NCBI RefSeq assembly: GCF_022539665.2
Contig: NC_081333.1
Location: 9,982,001-10,046,000, forward strand
Length of the DNA stretch: 64,000 nt
Direction of reading: 5' to 3'
DNA from: Daphnia carinata
Lineage: Eukaryota
Both the position numbers and the translations under genes were made by a program. The number at the start of each line of letters is the position of its first letter. The first letter of the stretch is position 1. The notes under the pieces were generated by a model. It saw only the letters and a program-made list of their open reading frames with translations. It made no database searches and was not told where the DNA came from. Positions 48,035 to 58,794 of this stretch are shown here, one piece after another.

Positions 48035-50782
48035 AAAATTCACCCTGAGATTACATACACACAAACACACCAAATGCTACCTTTCATCAAACAATGCGGC
48101 ATTATGATCGTTTCAACCCAGTTTATAAAGTGACGTCTTTTTTTTTTTTTAGATTGACAAACCCGTCAAACAACAACCAAAAAACAAAAACAAACAAAAA
48201 AAAAAAACATTGAAACCCTTAGTTGACGGCTATGTGAATTTTGCATTATGCCAAAGCCAATTTTTTCCCTCTCATTTTCGATTGACTTCGCGATCCTTCT
48301 TTTTATATATATTATATATATATATATCAAAATCCCTGAAAAATGTTTATATCGTTTGCGGTCCATTCACCACCGAGTGCCTTGGTGTCATTTTTTTTTT
48401 CTTTCAATCTTTCCTCCCTCTATCTCTCTCCCGTATGTCATTTTTGTGTCGTCGCGCTGTCGCAAGACGGTGCGTGTGATGAACGATAAGGTGGCATTAA
48501 GATATCAAAATGTTTGTGTGGTATCAGCCCGTTTATTTCCTGTGCCTCGTAAACCCCCTTTAAAAAAAAATTAACTAAAAACAATACCGAGTTCAGTGGC
48601 CAATCTATTGCCAAACCAAAACGGATCAGAATAATTCAATTGGGTTTATTCTTGTTCATTTCCCCCCCTTTTTTTTTCAGTTTGTTATTATAATAATTTT
48701 TCTTTTCAAAGTTGCCCGGCAAAACAAATATTTTTTTAGAGGATATTTTCAAATATTGCATTTTTAAAATTCTTCATTTCATACAAAAAAAAAACGATCG
48801 TTTTTTGCCTCAACAGATGGCGCGATTGTAATGGTCTTTCGAATTCGCTGTACCTCAAACGCGATAATGATTGTTTTTGTTTTGTCCTTTTTAAGAAATA
48901 ACACCGAAAACAATTTCCTCAACCAATTTTTTTTTTGTGGTGGAAGAGGGGGGACAAAACGAAAAGAGGGGAATCGGCGCACATTTTTTTTTAATTATCA
49001 GTTATTCAACTTTCCCGTGAACCAACCATTTATTAAATGTTTTTTTTTTCTCGGACTTTAAATGTAAAAATTCTTATATAACTGTCTATGTTCTTTTTGC
49101 CCAATTTCAATAATAAGTGCCTTTTTTTTTCTTTTTTGTTGTTGTTGACGACGTTATCGAGGGTTTTTTTCTGTTGTTTCCGGAAGCGTGCACGCCGCAA
49201 TAGGCGCGTTCAAGGAATTAGACACACGCATATTAAAAAAAATACGAAAAAAAAGCATAAAAATATTCGAAAAATAAGTGAATGGAACTGTCTTAGCATA
49301 ATGGAAAATCGTGTATAATGTACAGATTTTGATCATGACGGTCTATCGAGCTTCCGCCGCGATTTGACGTGTGAACGTTTCTCTTTTTTTTTATTTTTAC
49401 ATACACCCTATGTCATTTTCTCGACAAAAACATTTGCTATATCGTGTGCGGATCATATGTAACCAACATTTTTGCTACCATCTTATTTGCATTTCTTACG
49501 CTCCTCTTGATTTTCTCTTTACCTCCATTATCCATTGTTGTTCCCCCATCTCAAATCTCCCCTCCCCTTAAAACAAAAACTATTCGAATACATGTTTTTT
49601 GGACTCGACATTTTTGCTAGAAATTGCGTTGGACAGTCCGTTCCACATAGTCGATCGATGCATTTGAGTGGTATGTTCTTTTGGGGTCGGATGTTCAAGT
49701 GGCCAACGACAGGATGCAATTTCATTCAGTAGACTGCAGAATTGCAGCTAAAGAATGAGGTCAGCTTACGATCAAAGTACGTATTTTTGATCCACCGTAT
49801 CGCAAAATTTTCGCACAATCAACAAATGCAATTTGGCCTGAAATCGCTGCAGTCTGAAGATACGCGATGAACAATACCAGACGAGATGCACATTCTGTTC
49901 TTTCTCCTGGTTTATCTGACTTAATGATTTAATAGATAGATTTCTACTTGCGATAGATGTCCATTTCTGATTTTAAGACAATTATTACAGCGCACTGACA
50001 GCTTGGAGATCCACTGAATGGTACCATCGAGAATGAGATAAGTGATTGTTAGCGGTCGGTTAGATACGGCCTGGGCCAGATTACAACGAGTTCGTCTGCT
50101 TTCGTCCTCAATCATGGAGGACGAATATCTTAAGGCTGGTATCTTAAGGCATATGACAGTTAAACGTTGAATGTCAACGTTATATAATTTTCGACCTCCC
50201 ACTGGCGCTTTCGTGGGCATGCTAGTGATTCTAGCAAGACAAGGATAGATTCATCATCGAACAACTCATCATCGACAACGCTGTGGAAAGGCCAGAGGCC
50301 ACTAATTCTTGAAAACACCCTCTCTAAAGTAAAAATATATACTATGCTAATTTTCTGTTTTCACTAGTCATGGCTTAAAAATTTTTATCGTTCGCGGAAG
50401 TAGTGGTTCCTAGTTATCTAATCGTATTTAAAATGCAACCAGGCAAACCCTAAATCTGAAATAGAGCAGTAGCATTGCATGTGGCATTAGTCGTTGTTAG
50501 CTTCTGCTACAGTTGTTACAAAACGACCTTTTGGACAAAATCTGAAAATTTAGTTTTTTGATTTCATCGTCGAAGGCAACGCGTTTCATTGTTTGGTTGA
50601 CGGCGTAAGTATGAATGCCGACGCAGCGTTTATGTTAGACTGCTGAAGCCTTGGTAATTGTACACATTGTATTGTTAGGCAAACTGGTACACAACGTCCG
50701 CTATCAGGCTATATATTGAGTCACATTTGAAGAAATTATTTTCTCGAGCATCAATTGCTTTCCGACCACTCATTCGATAACA

Positions 50783-51659
50783 ATGACTGCAGTGAAATCC
50801 TTTAGCTTCCTATTTCTAGTCTCCACTGTGCTCACAACACAGGCCTTGATTTACAAAGATTGTGGTATACTCAATTAATTACCATCTGGCCTACAGTTTT
50901 AAAATTTTTGCCACAACAGGATCTGTGTGTGGAAAGGTTCGCTCAGTAGCAGTTTCTGGATGTGAAAACAGCAATATATGCATACTTAGGTCAGGCCAAA
51001 ATGCCAATTTGACAGTTGTTTTCACTGCATGTAAGTTGTCCCATGTTTGCCTTTATCCAAAAAGATTTATTTCATGAGAGTGTCTATTTTAATATCAAGT
51101 GGAAGACACTGATAAAACCAAGGCTAGTGTCCATGGAATAATTGGAGGAGGTAAATAAGTTTGCAAGATAGTTCATTTACATGTTAGTAATAACAGTGTT
51201 TTACTCTTTAGTACCTCTACCTTTTCCTCTACCACAGACTGATGCGTAAGTCAGCCACAAAGTTAAATTACACCATGCTTAATATATTTACTTTTTTATG
51301 ATTATTTGGTGTTAGTTGTCAAAATTCTGGTCTAGATTGCCCCTTAAGTAATGGGCAAAATTATACTTACACAGCTACCATTCCAATAAGCACAGCCTAC
51401 CCTAAGGTAATTGATACATTGTTTTTTTTCCCATGTAAGCTTTTAAGAGTGATTAACAGCTATCTCCCGAGGATTTGTGTAAATTCAAGTATCCAGTTTT
51501 AAACTTGTCTTTCATACAGTATTAACCATGTGTCTTCTGCCATAGCTATTTTCTCATAATGCTTTTCTAATTTAGATCAAAGTACTAGTAAAATGGGAGC
51601 TGCAAGAAGCCCGTGGAAAAGACCTTTTTTGCATTGAAATTCCTTCAGCAATCCTTTAA
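50783..51659 (+). CDS. Npc2: NPC2 / ML-domain lipid-binding protein (secreted or lysosomal)
   Basis: Exons 50783-50864, 50920-51030, 51100-51150, 51212-51245, 51316-51406, 51576-51659 give a signal peptide plus YKDCGSVCGKVRSVAVSGC..ICILRSGQNANLTVVFT..ASVHGIIGGVPLPFPLPQTDAC.NSGLDCPL..YTY..IPISTAYPKIKVLVKWELQ..LFCIEIP*, the canonical NPC2 cysteine pattern. Paralogue identity is unknown. Confidence 0.92.
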
Positions 51660-51773
51660 CACTTTCACAACTTTTGTTGTCAACAAATAATTTGTATTCA
51701 ACAAAACGAATAAAAATTTTTCTCAAACGTATATATTTTCAACAGCGACGAAGTGACACATCCAACTAGCGCT

Positions 51774-52966
51774 CTACATATCGACCTGTCTTCTAAAATG
51801 TTTCTGAAGTTTGTTGGCCTTCACGCTCACGCCAAGCTGGTTTTTCAAGAACATTTTCCGCATAAATGTTATGTCTCTCGCTTTCTTTTCTACAATTTCC
51901 TTGGTGGATGTCGTCCAGCCAAGGGCTTTGAAGTAATTTCCATGCTGAATGGCTGGACGCGTGGGGATTGGTCTTGGGTTAGGATTTAACTTTTGACTAA
52001 AATTTTTAAAAGAAAAGTTCAAATAACAGGCTGACAATTAAGAAAAATGCTAGGTCATCGTACCGGTAATAACGGTTAAGGGATCTATGTCCAATCGTTG
52101 CTCCAGACGGCAAAACGAGTTCAAAGCCTGAATCATTGATGACATTAGGTTCTACTTCTTCATTTGGATCTCCACCTTCTGGATAGCTAGTGGAGTAATC
52201 ATAAAAATCTGAATATTCCAACAGAACTTCCCCTTCATGAAACATTTTACAGTGCCCTTTATCTATCATGTGTTTCTGTACTGCTTCAGTTGATGGAAAT
52301 TGCCTCCCAAGATGGCCACACCACATACAAATGTGACCTTGTCCAACTCTTTCCCCAAGGTAAGTTAATATTGCCTCCAAATCAATAATAAATTCAAAGT
52401 CTGGTATGAAGAAGGAATGTTGGGATGACATGTGCTTCAAGCTACTTTCCATTGTATCACTTTTATGATTGCAGAAAAGGCAACATGTTATTGGAATTGC
52501 TTCATCATCATCTTCCCATTCGTCTGAATCATCTTCAATATCTTCCTCAATATCTATTTTGTCCCCAGCAGCCTCAGGCTTCACATTAACATGCTTTATT
52601 CCGCTAAGAACATTTTCTTGGTGCTTCTTTGATAACAGATGATTTTCATAAGATTTTTCTGAACCAAACTTTTTCTTGCAGTAATTACAATAAAGAGTAA
52701 GGCCTTTTGTTGCCTCTTGTTGATCTGCATGTGCTCTTTGCTCCAAAACACGTTGCTGAAATACTAAACAAAATTGTTCCTATAAAGCTAAACAGGTGAA
52801 AATCTACAGAACCAGGAAGAAATTATGTACCTTCAGCAGTCACGGGCGGCAAGTCCACAACTTTTCTTTTAAGATTATATCGATGCCAATCCGTTTTATA
52901 ATGCTCACGCTGAACATTCGGCTCTTTAAAAGCCACATGACACGATATGCATGTAAAGGTCGTCAT
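51774..52966 (-). CDS. ZNF622: Zinc finger protein 622 (Rei1/Reh1-like cytoplasmic 60S maturation factor)
   Basis: Exons 52966-52831, 52763-52064, 51996-51774. Motifs MTTFTCISCHVAF..QREHYKTDWHRYNLKRKV, HMSSQHSFFIPD, QKHMIDKGHCK, ELVLPSGATIGHRSLNRYYRQ and KANKLQKHFRRQV. Confidence 0.96.
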
Positions 52967-53482
52967 TTCTTAGGCACCAAAAGTATCTGTACCATTAAAC
53001 TGAACTTCAAAACTTTTTTTTTTTTTGGCAAAAACAAATAATAATAGAACACAGGCACACAACAATGGTTACCAATAGAAGAACGAATCTGGAACTATCC
53101 TCTTTACTTGAATAAAAAAGATATCTTTCTTACTCAATGCGTTAACCCAATGCGGCATGCAAGATTGCAAGATTTAACACCAACCAAACTGCCATGTGTA
53201 ATAGAACGCTTCTTTTCGTTACTTTTCCCGGTAACAGATGGCTACTAGTTTGTCGACTACTTTACGTACTAGATGTCATTCTTACCTCTGTCAGCTGATA
53301 GTTCTTTTTTGTGACAAATTTCCAAATCATGGTAAACTGACATCCAAAGAAAATTTACTTGTGTTGGGGCAGCGCAACTGCCCAGCTACAATAAAGTTAG
53401 CAATAATAGATGAGATACGATTGCTCTTTCATAGTGTTCGAACGCGTTTTCATTTTAAATGCAGGATATCCGACCGAAAAAC

Positions 53483-54448
53483 ATGGCACAACGTCGAGTG
53501 GTTTATTTTATCATTCGCGGGATGTTATTTTGCCTCGCAATCTTTGGCCTTTGGCGGATGATTTCCGTAATTTCAGACAACTCAAATGTGGACATAAAGG
53601 TGGAGTATATATAAATTTTTGCAAATCATTTGATTCAAATATTATAAAATTAAACTTAATATTTTGTTTCAGGAAGATGAATTAAAACATGATCATGTGT
53701 TCGTTGAAGTGTATTATGAGTCTATGTGCCCAGATAGTAAACATTTTATCAAGCATCAACTAGTCCCAGCTTTTGAAAAAATACCTGAAGTTTTTGATTT
53801 CAGATTGGTTCCTTATGGAAAAGCAGAGGTAATAAAGTAATCTCTTGTCAACGGTAAAAAAAGTTATTTAAATAAATTCATAATTGCAGACTACAGAGAA
53901 CTCAACAGGCATTTTTTTCACCTGTCAACATTTTGAACTAGAATGTGTGGGAAACAAGATACATGCTTGTGGAATCAAATACATAACAAATAGATCAAGG
54001 CAACTTAGGTTTGCTTCTTGCCTAATCAATAATATCAGGAACCCACAGTCTGCAGGGGAAAGTGTAATAAAAATTTTCCAGAACTGATACTGTAAGTTTT
54101 TATTTTGGTTTATGTATATGATGCTTTTGAATTTTTGTAACAGTGTGCAAATGATGTGAATGCAAATTGGGGTGAAATTGAAAATTGTTCAAAGAGTAAA
54201 GAAGGAAGTGAGCTATTGAAAGCTTATGGAGAAGAAACACACAATTTGACCCCATCCGTGACATTTATTCCTACAGTTGTTCTTGATAAAAATCAAGGAC
54301 ATCAAAAGGACATTTTGAAAAATCTTCTAAAAGAAGTTTGTTCCAAGTACCCAGTAAGTTTGAAAGTTATACTTAGTTATCTTTAAAACCCTAAAATCAT
54401 TTGTTTTTTTTTTTGTTTTAGGGAGATAAACCTCTATCGTGTCTATGA
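53483..54448 (+). CDS. GILT: Gamma-interferon-inducible lysosomal thiol reductase (GILT/IFI30)-like
   Basis: Exons 53483-53599 (alternative donor after 53566), 53673-53828, 53890-54063, 54144-54353, 54422-54448. Motifs VYYESMCPDS, LVPYGKA, CQHFELECVGNKIHAC and VTFIPT, with a hydrophobic N-terminus. Confidence 0.92.
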
Positions 54449-54879
54449 GTATGTGAGCATGCAATGCAATCCAGGGATTTCCCTTAATATGTGAGTGTTC
54501 AGAAACAATTCTTACAAAACCTTGCTTTATTCGCAAAATAAAATCATTGATGTTAGATCAAAATCCTTTCTTATTTAGATGGCCAGAAACTATCTAGAAT
54601 TTGGGGGTAAAATCATGGCCCGGTTATCAATAGTTCACCTAATGCCATTATTCCCAAACAGCGATCAATTTTCTTTACATGTTTGCATGTGTTCATTCTA
54701 CAATACGTTCCGTGATACCCCTTTAGTAGCCTAGCAAGTGTTCTGTTCCCGTTTGGTTGTTAGAAATTGTTAAGCGCGATGCAGCACAAATAATCGGTTC
54801 ACTTCCAAGACGGTTGATTTAATGAAAAAAATAAATTAAATTTTCTCGGAATAGCATTCAGCTTTAAGTATATAGAATG

Positions 54880-55280
54880 ATATATGAATACGGCTGGTTT
54901 AAGGAGAAAACCAATAGCTAAATCGAAATGCATAAAATACACGACTTCGATTGAGAGTACTGGCGCGCTAGTAACTTCTTCGATCCGGTGTATTGCAACA
55001 TGCCAAAACAGTACATTTTTGTATTTTATTTGGAAAACGGCTGGTTTAAGGAGAAAAACACTTACATAATCGAACTCAGCGTTCAATTTTGGCTCTCCCG
55101 TGTGATTTTTATCGAATTTCAAGGGATTTCGTTTTTTGCCGATTTTGACAAAAGTGAGAAGGGTATAAATATAAATAGCCTTCTCACTTTTTCATTTTTG
55201 GCCAAATTCCAAATTTGGCATATAATAAATGATTTCGATTGAAAATTTAATGCTGTTCACGGTTATCAAGTTTATTTTTC
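54880..55280. repeat. Dispersed partial copy of the ~540-bp repeat monomer found at 59.1-61.2 kb
   Basis: Shares GTACTGGCGCGCTA, TATTGCAACATGCCAAAACAGTACATTTT, AACGGCTGGTTTAAGGAGAAAAAC, GAACTCAGCGTTCAATTTTGGCT and the GAGAAGG..CCTTCTC hairpin with the array; most similar to the last unit. Confidence 0.9.
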
Positions 55281-55900
55281 AGTTGTTTTGGAAGGAAATG
55301 TAAAAAACCCTCTCTTTTTTCCGTTAAGTCAGACTTTTTTTGCTTGATTTTTTTTCCAATAAACTATTGTGTTACCATTAGCTTATCGATGTTCGAGTAA
55401 AAGGAATCAAGGTGGTTTTATCGCAACAACTTTGAGTTTAAATAATTTACACAAAATTTTAAAAAGCAGTCCCCACTAGAGCTACGATTTTCATCCATGG
55501 AAGTTTCTGTGCGCATGGATAGGTGTCTCTTTTAGCCACAGATAGTTTTGAGTTTGACAGCGCCTGGTCAGGTACCCACCTTTCGACATACGTGAATGCA
55601 TTGTTTATAAGGCACAGATGCAGCACCGGTTGTTAGGAACATTGCCCCTTTTTACTTCGAAATAAAACCTTGTGACGTGGAGAAGGGAGCCACACGGTTT
55701 ATTCTTCATTTAAATAGCTTGCTATTCATTGCAAGATACACGATTGCACCCTTAAATTCTTTTAAACAAAAAGGTTTTTGATTGGTTTTTGGTCAATATT
55801 TTTCTGTAAAGCAGTAGCGTGCTATGTACGTTTAAACTGCGCTTCAGTACTCTTGGTGCTTTAATAATGAAAAATTTTGCCTCTATAGGTGTCATAAATA

Positions 55901-58437
55901 ATGAATATCATTCAACTAAGACGCTCCAGGTTGCTGAGACTTCTAACTGTTTTGTTATTGGTAGCATGTGTGCTGTTTTTTGCTAATCGAAACCCAGTTG
56001 CAAATGCAGTGAACTCACAGAATGATCACCAGAAAGTAAGTCAGGACAGAAGTATGAACAAAATACAAACATTTTATTGAGTAATCCTCTCTGTGAAAAA
56101 GGCACCATCCCATCAGGCAAAGAAGCTATCTGTCTTCACAGCTGACAAATTGGGGAACTTTGAGCCACCAGTAGAAGAACCAAAATCAGGCCCTGGGGAA
56201 GGAGGAAAACCCCATGTACTGCTTCCTGATCAAAGAAATGAGGCCAGTCAATCAATTTCTGAGTTTGGCATGAACATGGTGGTCTCAGATGAAATCAGCC
56301 TTTCTAGAACAATTAGTGATACAAGAACTCCTCAGTACATTTATTTAAAGAAATTCTCTTAACTAGTTCAAATATAAAATTTCTTCATAGATGCAAACAT
56401 TGGAGTTACCCAGAAGATTTGCCCAAAGCCAGTGTTGTTATTGTTTTCCACAATGAAGGATGGTCTACCCTTCTTCGAACAGTACAATCTGTGATTGATC
56501 GTTCCCCACCTCAATTTCTTGAAGAAGTTTTGTTGGTTGATGATTACAGTGAGAAAGGTATTTCATGAGATTAGAGTAACAAAGATTGTAGGTTTTGTTT
56601 ATTACCATCTTATCTTTTAGCTCATTTAAAACGAAAACTGGAGGATTTCATAGAGAGATACAATGGAAAAGTCCGACTAATACGTAATAAGGAACGTGAA
56701 GGATTGATTCGAACACGTACACGAGGAGCTGAAGAAGCTCGAGGAGAAGTTGTTCTCTTTCTTGATGCGCACTGTGAAGTGGGGCTTAATTGGCTTCCCC
56801 CTCTACTCTACCCTATATATTTGGACAGGTATTAGTACAAAAACATGGCCTCATAAATAATTAATATTTATCTATATGTATAAATAATAGAACTACAATG
56901 ACTGTCCCGCTAATTGACGGAATCGATCACGAGAACTTCGAATATAGACCAGTTTATCAAGGTGATACAAATTTCCGCGGCATCTTTGAATGGGGCATGT
57001 TGTACAAGGAAAATGAAGTACCTGAAAGAGAAGCCCAGACAAGAACCTATAACAGTGAACCCTACAAGTAATGTACAGCTTACTGAATACGTCATACAAT
57101 GCCTCTTCAGTTGTCATAAACTTTAATTTAAAAAAATTCCTTTATCGAAAAGATCTCCAACTCACGCTGGAGGCCTTTTTGCTATTGACCGATCATATTT
57201 CCTTGAGATTGGAGGTTACGATCCTGGTCTCCTAGTGTGGGGAGGAGAAAATTTTGAGCTCTCCTTTAAGGTAAAAAAAATGTTTAATTGAAAAAAGAGG
57301 ATAGTTGAACTTAACTTCAATGAAATTTTATTCTTATTAGATTTGGCAGTGTGGAGGTAAAATCCTCTGGGTTCCTTGTTCGCGTGTCGGACATGTTTAT
57401 CGAGGTTTTATGCCTTATACTTTCGGAAAGCTAGCAGCGAACAAAAAAGGCTCCCTCATCACCATCGTAATTCTTATGTTATATTTTAACTCTAAAATGA
57501 CTCTACGGTTCATCAACGAAATGTTTTTCTCTACAGAATTACAAGCGGGTAATCGAAGTTTGGTTTGACGAAAAGTACAAAGAATTCTTCTACACTCGTG
57601 AACCAATGGCTCGCTTCCTTGACATGGGTAACATTACCCAACAGCTGGAAATGAAGAAAAGACTCAATTGCAAGAGCTTTGCATGGTTCATGGAAGAAGT
57701 GGCATACGACGTACTAGACAAATACCCTGAACTTCCTCCCAATGTGCATTGGGGTGAGGTAGGTCGAACACGTCCTCTATTTTGTTTATTTAATCGCCAG
57801 ATGGCGTTTACTCCAGTAATTTAGGAAAAAACGAATTATCGATTTTGTGATAATGCATTTACAATTTTAAGGCTACCCACCCACACATTCAATGCGTTAA
57901 TACGTATAAAGAGCCATTTTTTGTCATTTAGCTTCGTAATACAGCTGCTCGTCAATGTTTGGATACTATGGGCCACCAGCCGCCTAGTCTGATGGGCATA
58001 TCTCATTGTCATGGCTTTGGCAACAATCAGGTAATCGATAGAAGATTAGAAATGGAAAGGCCGGTATGTTCTAATCATGTTCATTATGACGGTAGCTATT
58101 CCGCCTGAACAAAGCAGGGCAATTGGGTGTAGGTGAGCGCTGTGTCAATGCCGACAGCCAGGGTGTAAAACTAGTTGTTTGTCGGCTTGGAAGTGTTGAT
58201 GGGCCCTGGGAATATGACGAAGTAAGCATTCCGATCGATTTGTCGAATTCGTTAGAAGAGAGGCAGGATTCTTTTATTTTAATGGAATGTCATTTTTAGG
58301 CGTCGAAAACGTTGTTGCACAAGGTGCTAAAACGATGTTTGGCCGTCCATCCCCAGAACAACCACCTAACGCTACTTCCGTGTGACGCTGCCAACAATTA
58401 CCATCGATGGGAATTTCGGGAGATTCAACCAAAGTAG
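55901..58437 (+). CDS. GALNT7: Polypeptide N-acetylgalactosaminyltransferase 7 (pgant7/GALNT7-type)
   Basis: Exons 55901-56035, 56102-56334, 56391-56557, 56621-56828, 56891-57067, 57153-57270, 57341-57466, 57537-57758, 57932-58030, 58096-58221, 58300-58437. N-terminal TM anchor, [24 protein letters not shown] (DxH), [42 protein letters not shown] and a ricin-type lectin C-terminus. Confidence 0.95.
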
Positions 58438-58794
58438 TTGCGCTACTAAACGTCTGGTTCTTGTAACAAATTTTGCTGCCTTTGCCATCCTTCTTCATGT
58501 ATGGCGTGTTGAAAATGCAATATTTCTGTATCACACAATTTAATTTTTGTCTCACTCACTTTAAAGCGTGCTGGTTTTTCTTTCACACCAAAGTTGTTGC
58601 TACCTACTTGTACCGTGATGCGCATCTGACGACTGACCATATTATTTCCCTCCATTCCAGTTGCAATCTAAACAGCAAGCGTTCCATTATTTTTCCATCT
58701 ATCGTTTGTGAACTCTTAGCCTTGTTAATGGAGTTGTTCTTCCTTTTTTGTTTGTCATTCCTGGTTGTGGGATGTATTTTGGGTGTCCCGGATT

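Noticed and set aside
48032..48135. Possible stop-codon read-through extension of pnt
   Set aside because: The TAA-A context is the least leaky, and the short open frame is expected by chance.
50600..51600. Initially read as a non-coding snoRNA host gene with short exons
   Set aside because: The exons join into a complete NPC2 open reading frame.
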